Shown: piece after piece, positions 41,076-50,725 of the stretch
Numbering within the stretch: the first letter of the stretch is position 1
Layout of the letters: every line of letters starts with the position of its first letter
Source of the DNA: Atribacterota bacterium
GTDB taxonomy: Bacteria; Atribacterota; Phoenicimicrobiia; Phoenicimicrobiales; Stramentimicrobiaceae
Assembly: GCA_040767965.1 (NCBI GenBank)
Contig: JAXGNR010000007.1
Span: forward strand, 96,001-160,000
Reading direction: 5' to 3'
Length of the DNA: 64,000 nucleotides
Translations under genes and position numbers: made by a program
The notes under the pieces: generated by a model
The model's input: only the letters and a program-made list of their open reading frames with translations
What the model was told of the DNA's origin: nothing
Databases searched by the model: none

Positions 41076-42806
41076 GTTAGTGTAAAATTTACTGGGGTAC
41101 TTAAAGATACTTTAAACTTGCTTACTAACATAAAAAAGGTGTAGACTTACCTAAAAATACCCATCAAAGTATCCTTTAAATAAAGGAGGTAAGACTACAC
41201 CTATGGATATTGATATGATAACCATAACTTTTCCCCAGGTCAAGGTAGAAATTCCAATAAAGGATCTCACCTTTGACACTCTGGAGAACCTGATCTTTGA
41301 CATGATGCAAAAAATTGCCCAGATGGTCTTTACCAAAGTGCTCTCTGATATTGATGACTACCTGCGCAAGAACAGAAGACGTGGAAAACTGAAAAATACC
41401 GGTAAAAGAAGCAAAACCTTCTTAACCCGTTTTGGTGATGTCTCCTTTTCCCGCACCCGTTACCTTGAGAAGACCGGTAAAGCCCAATACCTGTTGGATG
41501 AGGCTCTTTCTACCATCAAAAACCAGCGGATCAGCCTTTCCCGTGCCATGACCGAGTGTTTACTTGCCAGCTTATCTTCCTACCGGGAAGTGGTAGGCCA
41601 AACCAAGCTTTTACTGGGTCATACCCGCAGCCATGAGTCTATACGCAAAAACGTACTATCTGAGGCTAGGCTGATCATCGAACATGAAAAAAAGAGACTA
41701 CAGCAGCTGGAGAATCTGGATATTTCCGCAAAAGAAGCACCGGATGTTGTCTATACCGAAGCTGATGCCACCTATCTCAAACTACAGAAACCGGAAAAAG
41801 ACAAAAAGCTGGAAGTCAAAATCGGGATCGGTTATTGTGGTAAGGAAAATCGTTATTCCAGCGGTAATTCCCAAAGACTGAAAGAAAAGTTCCTCTACCT
41901 GGGTACCGGCAAGAATTTTATGTATAACTTTAGCCTAAGAGCAGAAGAAGAACTAAACATCTCCCAATCTAAAAAGCAGTACTTCGGGGCAGACGGAGAC
42001 AAGTGGATCACCTCCGGAATCCGTGACTACTTCCCTTCTGCCACTTATCTACTTTGCCGTTTTCACCTGAACAAACGCCTCAAGGAAGCTCTTCCGGGCA
42101 ATAAGACCCAGCAGAAGCTGATCAGAAGCTTACTTTTATCCGACCGGATTGATGAAGCCCTAGCCAGGATTGACAATCTCTTGGTAGTCTCTTCTGAGCC
42201 AAAACAGAAAAAGCTTTTGGCAGACTTTTACTCCTATATAGCGAACAACCGCCAGGGGATCAGTAATCAGGCAACTCTAAAGGACAAGGACATCGCCAAA
42301 ACAGGAGCGATTGAGTCCAATGTCAAACTGGCCATTGCTAACCGCTTTAAAAAGCAGGGCAGAAGCTGGAGCAAAAAAGGAGCATTCTCTTTACTGAAGG
42401 TAAAAGAAACCATTCTAAATGGCAAGTGGGATTCCTGGTGGGGCAAAGAAAGGAACCATCCTATCAAGATAACACCACTTAAACCACCCTTATCAGCATC
42501 TTCTTTTACCAAAGAAGTTTCTTCTTCCCCGGTAATCCAGGCTAAGATCCCGGCCTTGGATGGACCGAATCAGGATAAACCCTGGGTAGGTGTTTTAAGA
42601 AAATTATCTCAATTAGAGCTTGTGTAATTAAATAGAAAAAATTTAAAAAAGCATATTTCGTATTTATGACTGTAAATTAAATAAAAGAAGGGTATTTGAT
42701 GTGTATTAAAACTAATATAGTCTTTTCAAATCTGTAAGGTAGCTCTGCCTTAAACCATAAACATTTTGGCAGTGGAAAAAAGTACCTACAAAAATTTGAC
42801 ACAGAC
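41076..42806 (+). mobile_element. Complete insertion sequence, ISLre2-like (1731 bp)
   Basis: Imperfect TIRs GTTAGTGTAAAATTTACTGGGGTACTT / GTCTGTGTCAAATTTTTGTAGGTACTT (reverse complement of right end); 9-bp flanks AGATATTTT and AGATAATTT (8/9); visibly GC-richer than its surroundings. Confidence 0.88.
41203..42627 (+). CDS. Transposase, ISLre2/UPF0236 family (DDE)
   Basis: TRFG.V.F.R, EADA, DGDKWI, LCRFH, GAIES, RFKKQGRSWS..GA. Confidence 0.85.
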   Translation: MDIDMITITFPQVKVEIPIKDLTFDTLENLIFDMMQKIAQMVFTKVLSDIDDYLRKNRRRGKLKNTGKRSKTFLTRFGDVSFSRTRYLEKTGKAQYLLDEALSTIKNQRISLSRAMTECLLASLSSYREVVGQTKLLLGHTRSHESIRKNVLSEARLIIEHEKKRLQQLENLDISAKEAPDVVYTEADATYLKLQKPEKDKKLEVKIGIGYCGKENRYSSGNSQRLKEKFLYLGTGKNFMYNFSLRAEEELNISQSKKQYFGADGDKWITSGIRDYFPSATYLLCRFHLNKRLKEALPGNKTQQKLIRSLLLSDRIDEALARIDNLLVVSSEPKQKKLLADFYSYIANNRQGISNQATLKDKDIAKTGAIESNVKLAIANRFKKQGRSWSKKGAFSLLKVKETILNGKWDSWWGKERNHPIKITPLKPPLSASSFTKEVSSSPVIQAKIPALDGPNQDKPWVGVLRKLSQLELV

Positions 42807-42822
42807 AGATAATTTCCATCAG

Positions 42823-42851
42823 TTGACAAAAGTTGAAAAAGGGTATAAAAT
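42823..42851 (+). promoter_or_regulatory. Sigma70-type promoter upstream of the trkAH leader
   Basis: TTGACA-17 bp-TAAAAT, just outside the IS right end. Confidence 0.65.
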
Positions 42852-43006
42852 GCCCTCGAATAGTAAAACAAGATATCAAGAAAACATATTAAAATATTTT
42901 AAGAGGATCGTAGTGGTTAAAAAGTTCCATTTTTATCTTGTTATAAAACTAAACATTGGAATAATTTTTAACAATCTGATTGAAATTAAAGAGAATTTAA
43001 TGATTG

Positions 43007-43035
43007 AGAAACCATTTATTAATGGTTTCTTTTTT
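43007..43035 (+). terminator. Intrinsic terminator within the trkA leader (possible attenuator)
   Basis: AGAAACCATT-TATT-AATGGTTTCT-TTTTT, 80 bp before the trkA ATG. Confidence 0.65.
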
Positions 43036-43114
43036 AGCTTTAATAGGTAAAATAATTCTGGCATTTATATTATAAAATTCTTTAATTATCAAATTAAAGA
43101 CAAGGGGAATTTAT

Positions 43115-44464
43115 ATGAAAATTATTATTATAGGCGCTGGCAAGGTAGGCAGTCAAATAGCTCAAACTCTTTCAGCAGAAAACCATGATGTAACAATTAT
43201 TGATAAAAGAGAAGATATTAGACAGGAATTAGATAACAACTTAGACATTATGACTGTCATTGGAAATGGTGCAAATGTAAGAATATTAGAAGAAGCTGGT
43301 ATAAAAGAAGCTGATATGGTTATTGCTGTTACCCGTTCTGATGAAGTAAACATGATAGCTTGTATGACAGCTCAACAGTTTAATGTTGCCAAAAAAATTG
43401 CCAGAATCAGGAACACAGAATACATGTTTAGTAATTCCCTTTCTAAAGAAAAACTGGGAATAGATTTTGTAATAAATCCTGAAAAAGCTACCGCCAAAGA
43501 AATTGTTAAATTACTAAAAACTCCCATAAATGTCAGTGAAGCACAGGATTTTGCCGGTGGTCGTATTTCTCTTTTTGGTTTAAAGATTGAAGAAAACTGG
43601 CATTTTGCAAACATGCAAATAAAAAATATTCGTTTTGGCCCAAATACATTGATAGTTGCAATTTATAGGGATAGTAAACTAATAATTCCTTCAGGAGATA
43701 CTGCTATTTTGCCTGGTGATAAAATTTATATCTTAATTAAGAAAGAAGATTATGGTGACCTGGAGTTCATCTGTAATAAAAAATCCTGTTCTATGCAAAG
43801 TGTCCTTATCCTTGGCGGAAGCAAGATTGGCATTCAAACAGCATCAATTTTAAATAAATTGGGTATAAAAACAAAACTTATAGAAATAAATAAGACAAAA
43901 TGTGAGAAAATAGCAGAAATGCTTCCTCAAACTCTTGTTATTAATGGAGACGGCACTAATATTGACCTGCTAAAAGAGGAAGGAATTGAAACAATAGATG
44001 GGTTTGTGGCTGTAACCGGATATGATGAAGAAAATTTGTTGGTTTCATTGCTGGCAGAACATCTTGGAACTAAGAAAGTGGTAGCAAAAATAAGCAGAAC
44101 TAATTATATTCCAATTCTAGAAAAAATTGGAATACATGCAGTTGTAAATCCAAGAATAACTACCGCCTCAGCTATATTAAAGTTTCTCAGACACGGAGAA
44201 GTCTTATCTTTAACGCTTATCAAAGAAGGAGAAGCTGAAATAGCAGAGCTGGTGGCTCAAAAAAATAGTAGAATTCTTGATAAACCTTTGAAGACTATTA
44301 GCCTACCCGATAACACTATTCTTGGAGCTATTACAAGAGAGGGCAATGTAATCATTCCTCATGGTGAAGATTTTGTTTCAGAAGGAGATAAAGTCATAAT
44401 ATTTACTAAAACTGCTGATATAAAAAAATTAGAAAAACTATTTGATGGCAGGGAGGAAATCTAA
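43115..44464 (+). CDS. trkA: Trk system potassium transporter, regulatory subunit with two RCK units
   Basis: MKIIIIGAGKVG; second Rossmann motif ILGGSKIG; DEVN/DEEN motifs. Confidence 0.93.
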   Translation: MKIIIIGAGKVGSQIAQTLSAENHDVTIIDKREDIRQELDNNLDIMTVIGNGANVRILEEAGIKEADMVIAVTRSDEVNMIACMTAQQFNVAKKIARIRNTEYMFSNSLSKEKLGIDFVINPEKATAKEIVKLLKTPINVSEAQDFAGGRISLFGLKIEENWHFANMQIKNIRFGPNTLIVAIYRDSKLIIPSGDTAILPGDKIYILIKKEDYGDLEFICNKKSCSMQSVLILGGSKIGIQTASILNKLGIKTKLIEINKTKCEKIAEMLPQTLVINGDGTNIDLLKEEGIETIDGFVAVTGYDEENLLVSLLAEHLGTKKVVAKISRTNYIPILEKIGIHAVVNPRITTASAILKFLRHGEVLSLTLIKEGEAEIAELVAQKNSRILDKPLKTISLPDNTILGAITREGNVIIPHGEDFVSEGDKVIIFTKTADIKKLEKLFDGREEI

Positions 44465-44468
44465 CTAA

Positions 44469-45914
44469 TTGAAATATAAAGTTGTTCTTAATACTTTAGG
44501 CAGTTTAATTTTCTTTTTAGGGATAAGTATGGTCTTTCCTCTATTTTATGCTTTTTACTATAAAGAGGAACATGCCATTTATGCTTTTATTTCTTCAATA
44601 ATTATCACATCTCTCTCTGGTTTGTTTTTACAGCAATCTTTTATACCTGAGAATGGTATTGGACGAAAAGAGGGATTTGCAATTGCAGGTTTAGGCTGGA
44701 TCTTGGCAGCAGCCTTTGGTTCTTTTCCTTTTCTCTTTAGTGGTGTATTTACCAATTTTATTGATGCCTATTTTGAGTCTATGTCTGGCTTTACTACTAC
44801 AGGTGCTTCTGTTATGACTGCAATCGAAGGCAATCCTCTATCTGTACTTTTTTGGCGTGGTCAAATTCAATGGATGGGAGGCATGGGTATTATTGTGCTG
44901 GTGGTTGCAATTTTACCTGCCCTTGGTGTAGGAGGTATGCAGTTGTTTAAATCTGAAGTACCAGGCCCCGAACCAGATAAATTAAAGCCACGCATCAAAG
45001 AGACTGCAAAATTACTTTATCTTGTTTATGTACTTATTTCGGTACTACAGGTTGCTTGTCTTTATCTTACCGGAATGTCGTTATATGATGCTATTACTCA
45101 TATGTTTGCAACTATGTGTACCGGTGGATTTTCACCAAAAAATCTGAGTGTAGGTTTTTACAATAACCCTACTTATGACATTATCATAATGATTTTCATG
45201 TTTATAGCCGGAGCGAATTTTACCCTTCATTATAAAGTATTGCATGGAGATCTTAAAAGCCTGTTTAAAGACAAAGAATTCCTATTTTATAGCGCTATTA
45301 TTCTTCTATCCACTTTGGCTATTACAACTCAATTACGGCTTTACATATACAACTCAATTGCTTCTGCTATTCGCTATGCTTCTTTTCAGGTTATCTCTAT
45401 TACCACTACCACTGGTTTTGTTACAGCAGATTACGACCAATGGCCTGCCCTTTCGAAAAATATTTTGCTAATATTGATGTTTGTAGGAGGCTGTGCCGGA
45501 TCTACAGGCGGAGCAATAAAAAATATTCGAATTTTAATTCTTTTAAAAAAAGCAGGCCGGGAATTACAGAGAATATTACATCCTCGAGCTATTACCCCTA
45601 TCCATATTGGTGATAAGAGAATTTCTGATGAAGTAGTAAATAATGTCAGTTCTTTTTTCCTTTTATATATGATTATATTTGTTATTTGTACCTTTATTAT
45701 GACCGCCTTAGGCCTAGACATGATTAGCGCATTATCTTCAGTTGCAGCAACATTAGGCAATGTCGGCCCCGGGTTAGGCTTGGTCGGCCCATCTCAAAAC
45801 TATGCTTTTATCCATCCTATCGGAAAAATAGTTTTGTCTATTTGTATGCTTTTAGGTCGATTGGAAATATATACAGTCCTGGTTTTAGTGGTCCCTGAAT
45901 TCTGGAAAAAATAA
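44469..45914 (+). CDS. trkH: Trk system potassium uptake membrane protein
   Basis: SGFTTTG, TGGFS, TTTGF, GGCAGSTGG, GNVGPG, GRLE. Confidence 0.93.
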   Translation: MKYKVVLNTLGSLIFFLGISMVFPLFYAFYYKEEHAIYAFISSIIITSLSGLFLQQSFIPENGIGRKEGFAIAGLGWILAAAFGSFPFLFSGVFTNFIDAYFESMSGFTTTGASVMTAIEGNPLSVLFWRGQIQWMGGMGIIVLVVAILPALGVGGMQLFKSEVPGPEPDKLKPRIKETAKLLYLVYVLISVLQVACLYLTGMSLYDAITHMFATMCTGGFSPKNLSVGFYNNPTYDIIIMIFMFIAGANFTLHYKVLHGDLKSLFKDKEFLFYSAIILLSTLAITTQLRLYIYNSIASAIRYASFQVISITTTTGFVTADYDQWPALSKNILLILMFVGGCAGSTGGAIKNIRILILLKKAGRELQRILHPRAITPIHIGDKRISDEVVNNVSSFFLLYMIIFVICTFIMTALGLDMISALSSVAATLGNVGPGLGLVGPSQNYAFIHPIGKIVLSICMLLGRLEIYTVLVLVVPEFWKK

Positions 45915-45952
45915 TTCTGCATCTGTAAGATCATATATATTTTAAAATATAT

Positions 45953-45999
45953 AAAATAAAAAGGTGGAAAATGTTGATAATTTTCCACCTTTTTATTTT
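45953..45999. terminator. Bidirectional terminator between trkH and glycerate kinase
   Basis: AAAATAAAAAGGTGGAAAAT...ATTTTCCACCTTTTTATTTT. Confidence 0.85.
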
Positions 46000-46042
46000 T
46001 CTGAAAATTTGAAAAGTCAATATCTGATAATATAAATATTAG

Positions 46043-47188
46043 TTAAATTTTATCTTTAAATATTTCTTTTTTATTCTCTTCTAAAAATTCAAAAATTGTT
46101 TCCATTAAACGTCTTTCTTTTTCTGATTTTGGAGAATCTATATCCATAGTAGGCGTAGGTTTAATAACATAATCAATTCCGTGTTCTTTCACTATCATTC
46201 CCGACTTATCTATCAACGCACTTACTGAAATCACCGGTAAATTATATTTTTTAGCTACTTTAGCCACACCTATAGGAGTTTTCCCATAAATAGTAGAGGC
46301 ACTTATTTCTCCTTCTCCTGTGATTACCAAATCAGCATCACTGACCATTTCCTGCATTTTAACAGTTTCAATGACAATATCGATACCTGGCTTTAATTCT
46401 GCATCCAGAAAAGCTATTAATCCTGCTCCAAGTCCTCCAGCTGCACCAGCACCTGGTAAATCTTTTATGTCTTTATTTAAATCTCGCTTTATAATATCTG
46501 CAAAATGAGACAATGCTTTATCAAGGACAAGAATCATTTCTTCAGTTGCCCCTTTCTGAGGTCCATAAATTCGCGATGCACCGGTATCTCCGCACAAAGG
46601 ATTTTGAACATCTGATGCAACTAATATTTCAGTTTCTTGAATACGCGGATCTAATCCGGAAATATCAATTTTTGCAATTTCAGCTAATTGTGCACCACCA
46701 AATTCTATTTCTTTTCCATCTTCGTTTAGCAGGCGAACTCCTAATGCTTGCACCATTCCGGCACCACCGTCATTAGTGGCACTACCACCTATACCTATAA
46801 TCATTTTTCGGCAACCATAATCCAGGGCAGCCTTTATAAGTTCACCTGTGCCATAAGTTGTTGTGATAAGAGGGTTTTTCTTCTCAATAGGAACCAATGG
46901 TAATCCAGAGGCAGAAGCCATTTCAAGTGCAGCAGTTTTCCCATCCCCCAGAATACCAAACATAGCTTTTACCTTTGTTCCAAGGGGGCCGGTGACTTCT
47001 TTTTCTATAATTTTACCATTGGTATTGTTAACCAAACATTGCACTGTTCCTTCTCCGCCATCAGCCATAGGAACCTTCTCTACCTGAGAGTCAGGCAGGG
47101 ATTTTTTAACACCTTTTTCCAGCGCATCTGCAATTTCAATAGCTGTCAAGCTGCCCTTAAATGAGTCTGGAGCTATTACTACTTTCAT
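46043..47188 (-). CDS. glxK: Glycerate kinase (GlxK/GarK family)
   Basis: APDSFKGSL, ADGGEG, GGSATNDGG, GPQKGA, ITGEG. Confidence 0.9.
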   Translation of the reverse strand: MKVVIAPDSFKGSLTAIEIADALEKGVKKSLPDSQVEKVPMADGGEGTVQCLVNNTNGKIIEKEVTGPLGTKVKAMFGILGDGKTAALEMASASGLPLVPIEKKNPLITTTYGTGELIKAALDYGCRKMIIGIGGSATNDGGAGMVQALGVRLLNEDGKEIEFGGAQLAEIAKIDISGLDPRIQETEILVASDVQNPLCGDTGASRIYGPQKGATEEMILVLDKALSHFADIIKRDLNKDIKDLPGAGAAGGLGAGLIAFLDAELKPGIDIVIETVKMQEMVSDADLVITGEGEISASTIYGKTPIGVAKVAKKYNLPVISVSALIDKSGMIVKEHGIDYVIKPTPTMDIDSPKSEKERRLMETIFEFLEENKKEIFKDKI

Positions 47189-47497
47189 TTTTACTTCCTT
47201 TCTAATCTTTGTTTTTTTTCTTTGTTTTTCTTTTCTTTTATAATCAATTATTTCATAAAATATTACTTTTCATTATAATAGATTTTTTAATATTTTTCTT
47301 TATATAATACAATTTTTTTTCTTATAAAACAAAAGCTACACCTTCATGAAATTTATTTAACCTATTCTTATCTCCTGATCCAACTATTATCCCATTTTTA
47401 TTCATTATATTTATATTTATACCAAGAATTTTGATAGCATGCTCTACAATTTGCTGAGCTAATTGATAAGTAATCTTCAATTATTTCTCCAAAGATT

Positions 47498-48106
47498 TTA
47501 TTGATATGTAATATATGTTTTTTTGTTCTGAATTGTGATTTTATTTTGAGCAAATAGCTGGATTGCTTGTGGTAAAATTTGGTGTTCATATCTTGAAATT
47601 CTTCTGGACAGGGTTTCTTCAGTGTCACCCTGCTTTATCTTTACTGCTTTTTGTAAAATTATTGAACCTGAATCAATACCTTCATCGACAAAATGTACTG
47701 TGCAACCACTAATTTTAACCCCATAATTTAAAGCTTGCCTTTGAGCATGTAACCCTGGAAAAGCAGGCAATAATGCAGGATGAACATTAATAATCCGATA
47801 ATGGTACTGCTTGATAATATCTGGACCTAATAAACGCATGTATCCAGCCAGGACAATGAGGTCCAACTGAAACTTTTTTAAATTATTTAAAAGTTCGTTT
47901 TCATAAATCTCTTTATTATTATATTGTTTAAAAGGAACAACTATAGCAGGAATATTTTCACATAATGCTCTCTTTAAGGCTCTTGCTTTTGGATTATCAC
48001 TAATAACAACCTGAATCTCCCCATCAATTCTTCCTTTTTTTATTGCATTTATGATGGCTTGTAAATTAGTTCCTCTGCCAGAAACTAATACCGCTATTTT
48101 TATCAT
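47498..48106 (-). CDS. purN: Phosphoribosylglycinamide formyltransferase
   Basis: SGRGTNLQA, LAGYM, NVHPALLP, GCTVHFV...DSG. Confidence 0.95.
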   Translation of the reverse strand: MIKIAVLVSGRGTNLQAIINAIKKGRIDGEIQVVISDNPKARALKRALCENIPAIVVPFKQYNNKEIYENELLNNLKKFQLDLIVLAGYMRLLGPDIIKQYHYRIINVHPALLPAFPGLHAQRQALNYGVKISGCTVHFVDEGIDSGSIILQKAVKIKQGDTEETLSRRISRYEHQILPQAIQLFAQNKITIQNKKTYITYQ

Positions 48107-48205
48107 TAAAACTTCCTTTTGTTTAATATTATTATTTTATCAAATATTCTTATTATATTTTATATTTCTCCTGTTTAGTTTTAATAGCCTTAAAGTAACA
48201 GCATT

Positions 48206-49246
48206 TTATCTAGTAATAATAACCTTTTTTTTATTTTCTGTTTTAGCTATTACTTCACCAATTTCATAAGAGGTTTCTCCTGTTTCTTTCAAGAATTCAA
48301 TTAATCCGTTTTTATCTTCTGGTTTTATTACAATAATAATACCAATACCCATATTAAAAGTAGTGAACATCTCTCTGTCGCTAATTTTTGCCTTTTCTTG
48401 AATAAGCTTAAAAATTGGTAATATTGGCCAGCTATTAGAGTTAATTCTAACTGCTAAATCCTCAGGAATAATGCGAGGAATATTTTCGCAAAAACCTCCG
48501 CCGGTGATGTGAACTAAACCATTTATTTGGTATTTATTTAATAAATTCAGAACAGATTTCACATATATTCTGGTTGGTTTAATTAATTCCTCTCCAAGGG
48601 TAACCGTAAAACCTGGTACTACCTTATTTAAAACCATTTTTTCTTTATCTAAAAATATTTTACGGACCAGTGAAAATCCATTGCTATGCAAACCAGAAGA
48701 TGGCAGACCAATTAAAATATTACCAGATTCAATTTTTTTTCCATCAATAATTTTATTTCTTTCTACCACGCCCACTGCAAACCCTGATAAATCATATTCT
48801 CCTTCAGGATAAAAACCAGGCATTTCAGCAGTTTCCCCACCTAATAATGCACAACCTGCCTGTTTGCATCCTTCAGTAATGCCAGTTATTATTTTTATCA
48901 TTTTTTGTTCTTCTAGCTTCCCGGTGGCCAAATAATCCAGAAAAAAAAGTGGCTTTGCGCCACAGGTTAATATATCATTCACGCACATGGCTACTAAATC
49001 TATACCAATGGTATCATGTTTATTAATTAGATTAGCTATCATGAGTTTAGTTCCAACACCATCAGTACCTGATACCAAAATAGGATCTGTCAATTTTTCC
49101 TGAGACAGAGAAAATAAACCGGCAAAATTACCTATTTCACTAACAACACCAGGTATGTTGGTTGAATGGATTAACGGCTTTACTTTATTGATAATTGAAT
49201 TGGCCAATTCAATATCTACTCCGGCTTTTTTATAGGTGTCATTCAT
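48206..49246 (-). CDS. purM: AIR synthetase
   Basis: YKKAGVD, DGVGTK, GGETAEMP, SSGLHSNG, HITGGG, FNMGIG. Confidence 0.95.
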   Translation of the reverse strand: MNDTYKKAGVDIELANSIINKVKPLIHSTNIPGVVSEIGNFAGLFSLSQEKLTDPILVSGTDGVGTKLMIANLINKHDTIGIDLVAMCVNDILTCGAKPLFFLDYLATGKLEEQKMIKIITGITEGCKQAGCALLGGETAEMPGFYPEGEYDLSGFAVGVVERNKIIDGKKIESGNILIGLPSSGLHSNGFSLVRKIFLDKEKMVLNKVVPGFTVTLGEELIKPTRIYVKSVLNLLNKYQINGLVHITGGGFCENIPRIIPEDLAVRINSNSWPILPIFKLIQEKAKISDREMFTTFNMGIGIIIVIKPEDKNGLIEFLKETGETSYEIGEVIAKTENKKKVIITR

Positions 49247-49360
49247 AATTACTTCCTTTCGACCCTTATTATCAGCTTCTTTAGATTGGAATGGGTAAAT
49301 AACTAAAAATAAGTGCTATCTTGAAAATTACTGATAAAAATTAATTTGTAAATATTTTTA

Positions 49361-50725
49361 TTAAATCGGGTATTCTCCACTAAAACAGGCTGCACAAAAA
49401 TCTTCTGGTTTATTTTTCCGAAAAACACCTTTTAATCCATTTAAGCTAATATAGCCCAGACTATCAGCTTCAATCCATTGTCTTATTTCCTCTACTGAAA
49501 AACGAGTTGCCCATAACTCTTCTTTACTGGGAGTATCAATACCATAATGACAAGGACAATTTACAGGAGGGGAGCTGATACGAACATGAACTTCTTTTGC
49601 ACCAGCTGTTTTTAACAATTTTACAAGTTTTCTACTGGTAGTACCTCTTACAATTGAATCATCAACCATAACAATCTTCTTATTTTTTACAATTTCTGCA
49701 ATTGGCGATAATTTAACACGAACAGAGTATTCTCTTAACATCTGGTTAGGTTGAATAAAAGTCCTGCCAACATAAGTATTTTTCAAAAGTCCTTCCTGAT
49801 AAAGAATCCCTGATTCCATGGCATATCCTAAAGCAGCAAAACGTCCTGAATCAGGAACCGGGATAACCATATCAGCTTCAGCAGGTTGTTCCTGGGCCAG
49901 TTTTCTTCCAATCCTTTCCCTGATAATAGCAACATTTTCTCTAAAAACCTTACTATCCGGACGGGCAATATAGATATGTTCAAAAATACATAAGGCTTTT
50001 TTGCTATTTTTGATAATCTGTTTGCTTGAATAATAATCTTTATTAACTACTATCATTTCACCCGGGTTTATTTCTCTTATATATTTCGCATTGATCAAAG
50101 GAAAGGCGCAATCCTCAGAAGCAATTACATACCCGCCCTTTTCTTTGTCCAATTTCCCTAATACCAAAGGATGAAAACCTTGTCCATCTCTAACGCCTAT
50201 CAGTTTGTCCTGGGTTAAAATAACTAAACAATATGCCCCTTTTATTTGAGAGACAATTTTTGCAATAGCTTCTTCCATTTCTTTCTCTTTGGTAGCAGCA
50301 ATCAGCTGGCAAATTAAATAACTGTCTGTCACATCTTCCTTGAATGTTATTGATTTTGATTTTAAATAATCTTTTATCTCATCCTGATTTGTTAAATTCC
50401 CATTATGAGCAAGGGCAAAGGTACCTCCAGCATATTGAAATAAAATTGGTTGGCTGTTTTCCCAACCATTTGTTCCTGCAGTAGGATAACGCACATGACC
50501 AATAGCAGCTTTCCCCTGTAATGTGCTTAAAATACCTTCATTAAAAACTTCTGTGACCAGACCCATGTCTCTATAAATCAAAATATTTTTATCATCACAA
50601 ACCGCAATCCCTGCACTTTCCTGCCCTCTATGTTGTAGCGCAAAAATGCCCAAGTAGGTTAATTTAGCAATATCTTTATTGTTGTTCTGATCAAAAACGC
50701 CAAAAACGCCACATTCATCGCGCAT
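49361..50725 (-). CDS. purF: Amidophosphoribosyltransferase (Fe-S type)
   Basis: MRDE-CGVFG, LQHRGQE, HNG, VDDSIVRGTT, C-terminal CAAC. ATG overlaps the purL stop (TAATG). Confidence 0.95.
   Translation of the reverse strand: MRDECGVFGVFDQNNNKDIAKLTYLGIFALQHRGQESAGIAVCDDKNILIYRDMGLVTEVFNEGILSTLQGKAAIGHVRYPTAGTNGWENSQPILFQYAGGTFALAHNGNLTNQDEIKDYLKSKSITFKEDVTDSYLICQLIAATKEKEMEEAIAKIVSQIKGAYCLVILTQDKLIGVRDGQGFHPLVLGKLDKEKGGYVIASEDCAFPLINAKYIREINPGEMIVVNKDYYSSKQIIKNSKKALCIFEHIYIARPDSKVFRENVAIIRERIGRKLAQEQPAEADMVIPVPDSGRFAALGYAMESGILYQEGLLKNTYVGRTFIQPNQMLREYSVRVKLSPIAEIVKNKKIVMVDDSIVRGTTSRKLVKLLKTAGAKEVHVRISSPPVNCPCHYGIDTPSKEELWATRFSVEEIRQWIEADSLGYISLNGLKGVFRKNKPEDFCAACFSGEYPI

Noticed and set aside
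42858-43035. c-di-AMP (ydaO) riboswitch or 6S RNA upstream of trkA
   Set aside because: The conserved ydaO segments (GCTGAATCC, GGGGGAACC) are not found, and I see no end-to-end rod with a central bubble as expected for 6S.
42766-43050. 94-aa ORF as a real gene
   Set aside because: It begins inside the IS and crosses the TIR/TSD junction, so it is chimeric. Only the part from GTG 42913 is kept, as a speculative leader peptide.
47398-47628. 76-aa ORF overlapping the purN 3' end, as a purH/purD remnant
   Set aside because: No resemblance to Pur enzymes and no RBS.
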